This document shows, one piece after another, positions 48,421-55,206 of a DNA stretch of 55,206 bases (positions are counted from its first letter, which is position 1; each line of letters starts with the position of its first letter). The position numbers were made by a program, and so were the translations under genes. Origin of the DNA: Chlamydiota bacterium (lineage in GTDB: Bacteria; Chlamydiota; Chlamydiia; Chlamydiales; JAAKFR01); NCBI GenBank assembly GCA_013288105.1, contig JABDCM010000004.1:1-55206 (forward strand), in the 5' to 3' direction. The notes under the pieces were generated by a model. It made no database searches and was not told where the DNA came from. It saw only the letters and a list, made by a program, of their open reading frames with translations.

Positions 48421-49079
48421 GAAAAAATCGCCTCTCCTAAACGTATAAGAGTCGCCCCCTCCTCTATAGCTAGAGGATAATCATGACTCATTCCCATAGA
48501 CAAAGTCGCTAAAGGAACACCATACACCTTCTGCAGCTTTTCTTGTAATCTTTTGAGTAAACAAAAGGTGTTTCTGATAACTCTCTCATCCTCGGTGTAG
48601 GGAGCCATTGTCATCAAACCTGCCACCTCTATTCCCGTTAGCTCAAGCACTTTTGGAAATAGCTCCTCCCACTTTTCTGGAGAAAGCCCCCCCTTACTGA
48701 GTTCTCCTGAAGTATTTGTCTGTAGAAGGATGGCTGTTTTCACTCCCCTCTTTTCACTTAATGTGGAGATATATTCTGCAAGCTCATAGCAGTCCACAGA
48801 ATGGATAAGAGCAAACTTTCCTATGGCCTTACCTACCTTATTTTTCTGTAATTTTCCAATAAAATGCCATCGAATATCTGAGGGGGTGCACTCCATTTTT
48901 TGCAAAGCTTCAGGAATTCTACTCTCTCCAAAATCCCGGCACCCCTCTTTATATACCTCTTGAATTTCTTCTACTGTTCTATTTTTGGAAACGACTATTA
49001 ATTGAATCTCTTCATATGCGCGCTGTGCACGTAAAGCAACTGCACGGATCTCTTTCTGAATGCATCTTATGTTACTCAT
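48417..49079 (-). CDS. yggS: PLP homeostasis protein YggS
   Basis: VVSK, FGESR, WHFIGKLQKNK and LSMGMSHDY motifs. Confidence 0.95.
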   Translation of the reverse strand: MSNIRCIQKEIRAVALRAQRAYEEIQLIVVSKNRTVEEIQEVYKEGCRDFGESRIPEALQKMECTPSDIRWHFIGKLQKNKVGKAIGKFALIHSVDCYELAEYISTLSEKRGVKTAILLQTNTSGELSKGGLSPEKWEELFPKVLELTGIEVAGLMTMAPYTEDERVIRNTFCLLKRLQEKLQKVYGVPLATLSMGMSHDYPLAIEEGATLIRLGEAIFS

Positions 49080-50361
49080 CTAGATGAGCTAAAAGGGCAT
49101 TACGCGTAACAAGAAGATGGTCCCACGTATGGGCAGATGAGATAAAATTCACCTCAAATTGAGAGGGGGAAAAATAAATACCCTCTCCCAATAAAAAGTG
49201 CCATAATTGCTTAAATCGAGAGGAATCACACGCCTTTACATCCGCTAACCTTTTCACCTCTCGCCTTCCGCTAAAAAGAGTAAACATAGAACCCACCCTG
49301 TTTAAACAGAAATCAAGCCCCCTCTCTTTGATTTTTTCCTCAACCGGTTTGAGTAAAAAAAGCGCTTTTTCCTCAAGAGAGGCATAAAAATGGGGCCGCT
49401 CACAAAGAAGCAGTGCCTGAAGACCTGCCTCCATCGCAACCGGATTGCCTGATAGGGTCCCCGCTTGATAGACAGCACCTACAGGTGCCAAAAGCTCCAT
49501 AATCTCCGCTCTCCCTCCAAATGCAGCCGCAGGAAAGCCCCCTCCGATAATCTTCCCTAAACAGGTCATATCAGGGGTAATCTTAAACAGTCCTTGCGCC
49601 CCTTGAAGCCCTACCCGAAAACCTGTAATCACCTCATCGAAAATTAAAAGAGCTCCCGCTTTGCGCGTCTCCTCTCTTAATAACTCTAAAAAACCCCTCT
49701 CAGGCAATACAAGCCCCATATTGGCAGCAATAGGCTCTACAATAAGAGCTGCAATTTCATGCCCCCGTTCTCTAAAAAGTGTGCGCACAGCCTCTTTATC
49801 ATTAAAGGGAATCGAAAGAGTATGTTTCACAAAATCTTGAGGAACGCCTTGCGAAAAGGAGGGATTATCAAAATGTAAGACACCCGAACCTGCCTGAACA
49901 AGAAGAGAATCGGAATGGCCATGGTAGTGACCATCAAACTTCACTAAAAGAGCTCTTTTTGTAAAAGCTCTCGCTAAACGCACAGCACTCATCGTCGCCT
50001 CTGTTCCCGACGAGACAAAACGGATCTTCTCAATCGAAGGAAGATGCATGCAAATTCTTGCTGCCAACCTGCTCTCAACGGGAGTTGAAAGACCAAAGGT
50101 AGTTCCACTTGCCACTCTTTTTTGCACAGCTTGAACGATTAAAGCGTGTGCATGTCCATGAATAAGCGCTCCCCAAGAACCACAATAATCGATATGAGAA
50201 AATCCATCTGCATCTACAAATGAATCCCCCTGCCCAGACTCAACAATTAAGGGGGTACAGTCAAGCCCTGAAAAAGCCCTTACAGGAGAGTTCACCCCCC
50301 CTGGCAACTGTTGGCATAATTCTTGATAAATAAGAGCACTTTTAGGGCGCAGGAAGTTCAT
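49072..50361 (-). CDS. hemL: Glutamate-1-semialdehyde 2,1-aminomutase
   Basis: PGGVNSPVRAF, SGTEATMSA, FDEVITGFR and YQAGTLSGNP motifs. Confidence 0.97.
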   Translation of the reverse strand: MNFLRPKSALIYQELCQQLPGGVNSPVRAFSGLDCTPLIVESGQGDSFVDADGFSHIDYCGSWGALIHGHAHALIVQAVQKRVASGTTFGLSTPVESRLAARICMHLPSIEKIRFVSSGTEATMSAVRLARAFTKRALLVKFDGHYHGHSDSLLVQAGSGVLHFDNPSFSQGVPQDFVKHTLSIPFNDKEAVRTLFRERGHEIAALIVEPIAANMGLVLPERGFLELLREETRKAGALLIFDEVITGFRVGLQGAQGLFKITPDMTCLGKIIGGGFPAAAFGGRAEIMELLAPVGAVYQAGTLSGNPVAMEAGLQALLLCERPHFYASLEEKALFLLKPVEEKIKERGLDFCLNRVGSMFTLFSGRREVKRLADVKACDSSRFKQLWHFLLGEGIYFSPSQFEVNFISSAHTWDHLLVTRNALLAHLDE

Positions 50362-50848
50362 GAGGAAGCTCCGGATATTTGCTCTTATCAGGAAGATAGG
50401 AGTTATGTTTTTTAACGATCTGAGAAAATTCAGAAAGGCCCTGTTGCAAAGAGAGAGTGGTGCCTATCTTTTCCCACAGCTGCAAAGCATCATTAAATAA
50501 GGGCTTCTCCTGCTGCACAGTCAAATAGTTGGCCTTCAGTTCTTGATGGAGATAGTATTCAAAGGCAAGAATCTCCCCTTTCACAAAGTTCTCCGGACTA
50601 TCTAAAAGAAGAGTTGGGTAGGGCGTTTTGAGAAAAGAGTTCATCCGCTCGACAAGAGCATTAAACTTAGAAAGCGCTTCCGATATATCCACTTCTTTTA
50701 GCTGAAGGTGTGTTGAAATAGTTATTGCCTCTTCTCGAAACTTTTCCATCTCCTCATGCGAGATGCTTTTATTCTCTTGAGCAACATTCAGAAATAAGAG
50801 AAAGACTTGAATGGCATATGAAACTTTCTCCTCATTCAAAGAATACAT
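50342..50848 (-). CDS. Hypothetical helical protein
   Basis: 168-aa ORF in the operon between ispG and hemL with a GAGGGG RBS. Confidence 0.7.
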   Translation of the reverse strand: MYSLNEEKVSYAIQVFLLFLNVAQENKSISHEEMEKFREEAITISTHLQLKEVDISEALSKFNALVERMNSFLKTPYPTLLLDSPENFVKGEILAFEYYLHQELKANYLTVQQEKPLFNDALQLWEKIGTTLSLQQGLSEFSQIVKKHNSYLPDKSKYPELPHELPAP

Positions 50849-50857
50849 AATCCCCTC

Positions 50858-52621
50858 TTATTTTAGAGAGGGTTCGACCCAACGCCCCTCTTTTTTTATT
50901 AAACTCACCAAACGGTCGACCGCCTCTGACATCTCAATATCCCTCTCTACACAATTTTTTCCAATATAAAGATCGATTTTTCCAGGTTTAGAACCCACAT
51001 ACCCGAAATCAGCATCCGCCATCTCCCCTGGACCATTCACAATACAACCCATGATGGCAATCTTCACTCCAGGAAGATGGGCTGTCTGCTCTCGAATCCC
51101 CTTGGCAACCTTTTGAAGATCAAAAAGAGTGCGGCCACAACCTGGACAGGAGATAAACTCTGTCTTAAAGCTACGCAAACGCGCCCCTTGCAGAATAGAA
51201 AAGGCAACCATCCGTCGCTCTTTGAGAGCAATATCCGCATTCAAAGAAATACCCTCTCCAAAACCATCACATAAAAGAGAGCCATATTCAGCCGCAGCTG
51301 GGATCAGAAAATCCTCCAAACTCCCCTGGTAGGAAAAATCCAAAATCAGAGGAATGGCAAGCTTATTCTCCCCCATCCATGCACAAAACCTGCGTGTATG
51401 GGTCACATAATCCCCTGTAGGAGAAAAGAGAATATAGGCAGGAGCTGCCCTTTTTAACCTCTCCCACCCCGCCTCATCTTCCGTCACAAGAGCCTCTTTC
51501 TCTAAAATCGCAATCCCTGCCCTTTCTAAAAGCTGCAGCTTTTCATTCTTAGTTTCTATAACCAGCGCATCCACAGAATCTTGCATTTTAACTAGACGCC
51601 CCTCTTGCATTTCACATCCGATATCTTGAAAAAAGGTAGGTGAATCAAGCTCCTCTTCACGGATCCGCAATACCACAGATCCATTGCGATGCAAGAAAGA
51701 GGCTAAAGGGAGCCTTTTTTTCTCCCGCTTTTTAGGGGGAGTCTGGTAGGGGCGCACAAGAGTGGCAAGCTTTTTACAAGGAGCAATTTCACACCAGGGA
51801 TCTTCCGTAAGAGAGACCCGAATCGTATCCCCAATCCCATCCAAAAGAAGAGAGCCGATACCAATTGCCGATTTAATTCTCCCATCCTCCCCCTCTCCCG
51901 CCTCTGTAACCCCCAAATGCAGAGGATAATCCCATCCCAATTGAAGCATCGCCTCTACCAAAAGACGATAGGCCAAAATCATCACCTGCGTATGGCTGGC
52001 CTTCATAGAAAAAATCAGATCATGAAAATCCAGCAGACGAGCCACACGACCAAATTCCAGAGCAGATTCCACCATCCCAGCCGCCGTATCCCCATACCGG
52101 TTCATAATCCGATCGGAAAGCGAACCATGATTCGTCCCAATCCTAATGGCTCTTTTCAATCGTTTACATTTCTCCACAAGCGGGGTGAATTTTTCTGCAA
52201 TTTTCTCCAGTTCAGATGCGTAGGTCTGATCATCATATTCCATGATCTTAAAAGAGGCCCGTTTATCTACAAAATTGCCCGGGTTAATTCTGACCTTATC
52301 TGCAAAATCTGCAACCCGAAGAGCTGCAGGTGGATAAAAGTGAATATCTGCAACTAAAGGAATCAGATACCCCTTTTTAAGAAGCGCATTTTTAATGAGT
52401 TCACACGCATCCGCCTCTCGCATTCCCTGCACGGTGACGCGTGCGATCTCGCAACCTGCGTCTGATAAACGCATAATTTGCTCTACCGTTGCCTGCACAT
52501 CCCGTGTATCTGAGGTGGTCATCGATTGAATACGGATAGGGTTTCCCCCCCCTACTTTTATATTTCCAACGAGAACTTCACGCGTTTTCCATTGATAGGG
52601 AGGCTGTTGGGGATTTTTCAT
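50858..52621 (-). CDS. ispG: (E)-4-hydroxy-3-methylbut-2-enyl-diphosphate synthase, long (three-domain) type
   Basis: IQSMT, ADIHF, RINPGN, NHGSLS, ISCPGCGRT and MGCIVNGPGE motifs with an inserted middle domain. Confidence 0.97.
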   Translation of the reverse strand: MKNPQQPPYQWKTREVLVGNIKVGGGNPIRIQSMTTSDTRDVQATVEQIMRLSDAGCEIARVTVQGMREADACELIKNALLKKGYLIPLVADIHFYPPAALRVADFADKVRINPGNFVDKRASFKIMEYDDQTYASELEKIAEKFTPLVEKCKRLKRAIRIGTNHGSLSDRIMNRYGDTAAGMVESALEFGRVARLLDFHDLIFSMKASHTQVMILAYRLLVEAMLQLGWDYPLHLGVTEAGEGEDGRIKSAIGIGSLLLDGIGDTIRVSLTEDPWCEIAPCKKLATLVRPYQTPPKKREKKRLPLASFLHRNGSVVLRIREEELDSPTFFQDIGCEMQEGRLVKMQDSVDALVIETKNEKLQLLERAGIAILEKEALVTEDEAGWERLKRAAPAYILFSPTGDYVTHTRRFCAWMGENKLAIPLILDFSYQGSLEDFLIPAAAEYGSLLCDGFGEGISLNADIALKERRMVAFSILQGARLRSFKTEFISCPGCGRTLFDLQKVAKGIREQTAHLPGVKIAIMGCIVNGPGEMADADFGYVGSKPGKIDLYIGKNCVERDIEMSEAVDRLVSLIKKEGRWVEPSLK

Positions 52622-52643
52622 ATAAAACCTTTAAAAAAAAGAA

Positions 52644-52673
52644 TTGACGAACTTAATCAGCAATGAGCATAAT
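52644..52673 (+). promoter_or_regulatory. Sigma66-type promoter of the terminal repeat protein
   Basis: TTGACG-N18-CATAAT, followed by a G-rich RBS and the ATG at 52694. Confidence 0.55.
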
Positions 52674-52693
52674 AGATTGGGGGGATTAAGACA

Positions 52694-55206
52694 ATGGCAA
52701 CAAGAGGAATAGGGCCAGGACAGGAGGGGGGTCAACCACCTCCTCAGCAAGAGCCAGAAGGTGTCTTAGGTCGGATATTTGCTGCTGTAAGCGCTCCTTT
52801 TCGAGCACTCTCTCTCTATTTAAAAAAGAGGGAGGCTCTTCATCGCTTGGCTGACTTAACAGATACGGATTATGGTGCAGTCGAGAGAGGACATGGTCGA
52901 TTACCGCTTGCAAAGATTCAAGAAATGATATTGGGCCCTGCAGTTAAAGAGAGGGCGATTCAGAAAATTCTCGGTATGACGTATGCATCTGAAGCTAAAG
53001 AAGCGGAATTAAGAGAGGCACTAGAAGAAGCCTCTTCAGCACAGGTCCTAGAAATCCTCTCTCTCTGCAAAAATTCAATGTTTGCAGATTTCTTATCACG
53101 CATGGAAGCAGATCAATATGCAGAGGTGATACCCGATTTTAAAAGAGCCTTTTTAAAAGAACAGGACATTATAGATATTTCTAGCGCTGTAGAGCAAGCA
53201 TACTATGCACCCTTTCTTCTGGCCACTACCACTATCCCTTCTGAAAGAGATAATATAGCTAAAGATCTAAGGAAATTACGCCAAGAGCTTCAAGAGCTTG
53301 ATGCGGATACTGTGCGAGAAATTCACCAGATTTGCCAACATAATCCCTATGCACCAAAGTACTTAGCAGAAATAATAGATGTGCGTCAATATGCAGCTGT
53401 TTTACAAAACTTTGGGGAGAATGTTGAAAAAGGTGAATATAGCTCAAAGATTACTGCCCTTCTTCCCACCTTATCTGCCGAAAAAAAAGGGGCTTTAAAA
53501 GAGGTTCTTCAAAAAGCTTCTCCTGAACAGATCCGGGTTATCCACTCTTCTTGCCAAAACCACCCCCTAGCTCGAGAATATTTAACAAACATGCGCTCCT
53601 CTGACTATCTCAGAATACTCACTAGTCCATATCTTAACTTTACAGAGCTAAGAGGTGAGCAGAAGGTAGAACAAAAGCGGTTAACAGAAAGTATTTTACA
53701 ATTCCTACCAGATGAACAAGCAAAGAAGAGCTTCGGTGATCTGCTCCTCTCTTATCCTCTAGATGCACTTGATACGCTTCTAGAAAAAATAGACCACGAG
53801 GAGGTACGCATCTATTTCTCCCTGCTGCCTCCTTCGCAATACAAAACTGGAATGGATACTATCTTAGACCCCTCAACACCCCTTAATGCGGAGCTCTACC
53901 TCTCACGTCTATTAGAACCCTTTAAAACCTTAGAGCCAGAGAATTTTGAGGCATTAAAAAAAGCGCTCTCAGAAGCTACTCTTCCACAGCTGCAAAACTT
54001 CCAAAAAGATACCTATAGACAGGCTTATCTTTTTCTCGCACCTGTAACAGAATATAATGAGATTATATATAGCACTTCTGAAGAATACAGAAGTTGTAAA
54101 GCTAAGATCCATGACATTCTCCAATACATTTTTAAACCCCATACTCTAAAAAATCTTCCCCATTCAGCTTTTATCCATTTATGCTCCGCTCTTCATGGAT
54201 TTGACATAAATGATCGCAAATTCCTCAAAGAGACCTTCGGGAAATTGATCGATCCTCTTGTAGCAAGCAGTCTGTCTCCTCAACAGCTCAACCAGTTTCT
54301 CATCCGTTTAGCAGAAATGCCCTTGGAAAAAAGAGAGGAAATCGCTGAAAGAGAAGATCTTTTGGATGCTCTTAAGGCGTTAGTAAAAACAAAATCGATT
54401 GAAACCTTTTTTTCAGACTCTACAAAAGAGCAGGCTATTGCAAAAATTATTGCCCTCCTTCCCTCCTTATCCGGTGAAAAAAAAAGGGCATTAGAAGCAG
54501 CTCTTGGATTAGCTACCTTGAAGAATGTTCAGTTAATTTATGCTCTTTGCAAACACGAGCCTTATGCACGACAGTACTTAGCAGAAGTGGAAATAATGCA
54601 ATATTTAGCAGTTCTGCCAAAGTTTGAGGAGAATGTTACAAAAAGTAAGCGTATTTTAGAAATTACTACTTTTCTTCCCACTCTATCTGCTGACAAAAAA
54701 GAGGCTTTAAAAGAGGTTCTTCAAAAAGCTTCTCCTGAACAGATCCGGGTTATCCACTCTTCTTGCCAAAACCACCCCCTAGCTCGAGAATATTTAACAA
54801 ACATGCGCTCCTCTGACTATCTCAGAATACTCACTAGTCCATATCTTAACTTTACAGAGCTAAGAGGTGAGCAGAAGGTAGAACAAAAGCGGTTAACAGA
54901 AAGTATTTTACAATTCCTACCAGATGAACAAGCAAAGAAGAGCTTCGGTGATCTGCTCCTCTCTTATCCTCTAGATGCACTTGATACGCTTCTAGAAAAA
55001 ATAGACCACGAGGAGGTACGCATCTATTTCTCCCTGCTGCCTCCTTCGCAATACAAAACTGGAATGGATACTATCTTAGACCCCTCAACACCCCTTAATG
55101 CGGAGCTCTACCTCTCACGTCTATTAGAACCCTTTAAAACCTTAGAGCCAGAGAATTTTGAGGCATTAAAAAAAGCGCTCTCAGAAGCTACTCTTCCACA
55201 GCTGCA
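52694..55206 (+). CDS. Large helical-repeat protein, 3'-truncated by window edge (not in ORF track)
   Basis: Manual translation MATRGIGPGQEGGQPPPQQEPEG... shows no stop for 837 codons up to the window end. Confidence 0.85.
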   Translation, partial: MATRGIGPGQEGGQPPPQQEPEGVLGRIFAAVSAPFRALSLYLKKREALHRLADLTDTDYGAVERGHGRLPLAKIQEMILGPAVKERAIQKILGMTYASEAKEAELREALEEASSAQVLEILSLCKNSMFADFLSRMEADQYAEVIPDFKRAFLKEQDIIDISSAVEQAYYAPFLLATTTIPSERDNIAKDLRKLRQELQELDADTVREIHQICQHNPYAPKYLAEIIDVRQYAAVLQNFGENVEKGEYSSKITALLPTLSAEKKGALKEVLQKASPEQIRVIHSSCQNHPLAREYLTNMRSSDYLRILTSPYLNFTELRGEQKVEQKRLTESILQFLPDEQAKKSFGDLLLSYPLDALDTLLEKIDHEEVRIYFSLLPPSQYKTGMDTILDPSTPLNAELYLSRLLEPFKTLEPENFEALKKALSEATLPQLQNFQKDTYRQAYLFLAPVTEYNEIIYSTSEEYRSCKAKIHDILQYIFKPHTLKNLPHSAFIHLCSALHGFDINDRKFLKETFGKLIDPLVASSLSPQQLNQFLIRLAEMPLEKREEIAEREDLLDALKALVKTKSIETFFSDSTKEQAIAKIIALLPSLSGEKKRALEAALGLATLKNVQLIYALCKHEPYARQYLAEVEIMQYLAVLPKFEENVTKSKRILEITTFLPTLSADKKEALKEVLQKASPEQIRVIHSSCQNHPLAREYLTNMRSSDYLRILTSPYLNFTELRGEQKVEQKRLTESILQFLPDEQAKKSFGDLLLSYPLDALDTLLEKIDHEEVRIYFSLLPPSQYKTGMDTILDPSTPLNAELYLSRLLEPFKTLEPENFEALKKALSEATLPQL
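53491..55206 (+). repeat. Intragenic direct repeat with period 1212 bp (404 aa)
   Basis: 53491..53994 reads identical to 54703..55206 (504 bp, cut by the window end). Confidence 0.92.

Noticed and set aside
1212-52357. Remaining short ORFs in the track overlapping well-supported genes
   Set aside because: Antisense or alternative-frame shadows with no recognisable motif.
50858-52621. Extra middle domain in IspG
   Set aside because: The three-domain IspG form is established for chlamydiae and plants.
52686-53447. Minus-strand ORFs of 75 and 62 aa
   Set aside because: Shadows of the long plus-strand ORF starting at 52694.

Overview
A segment of an environmental Chlamydiota (chlamydia-like) chromosome, AT-rich. 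The backbone is the recognisable chlamydial gene order: tRNA-Thr/Tyr, ttcA, surE, tRNA-Val/Asp, yitT, ubiX/ubiA; rpe-efp-accB-accC; Npt-like/HEAT protein, cNMP-binding protein, acpP-fabG-fabD-fabH, recR, bamA-skp-lpxD, a GH3-like gene, pdhABC, glgP; then yggS-hemL and ispG. Accessory genes sit between these blocks: a MoxR ATPase with a conserved partner, several Inc-like membrane proteins (including a tandem pair), a neprosin-family protease with a mitochondrial-presequence-like N-terminus, an AbiEii toxin relic, and a >837-aa repeat protein missing from the ORF track that runs off the right end. The main unexplained signal is a set of small palindromic, MITE/RPE-like elements. Family A (ends TAACCTGAG...CTCAGGTTA) has about seven copies or fragments, repeatedly coincides with TAA stop codons, carries a nested second palindrome, and contributes 33 in-frame codons to a conserved protein. 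A TTAAT-N6-TTAAT-N10-(-10) promoter box, resembling a PmrA/OmpR site, precedes three candidate effector genes. No CRISPR array, rRNA, intact transposase or integrase is visible. All homology calls are from motif recognition, not database searches.
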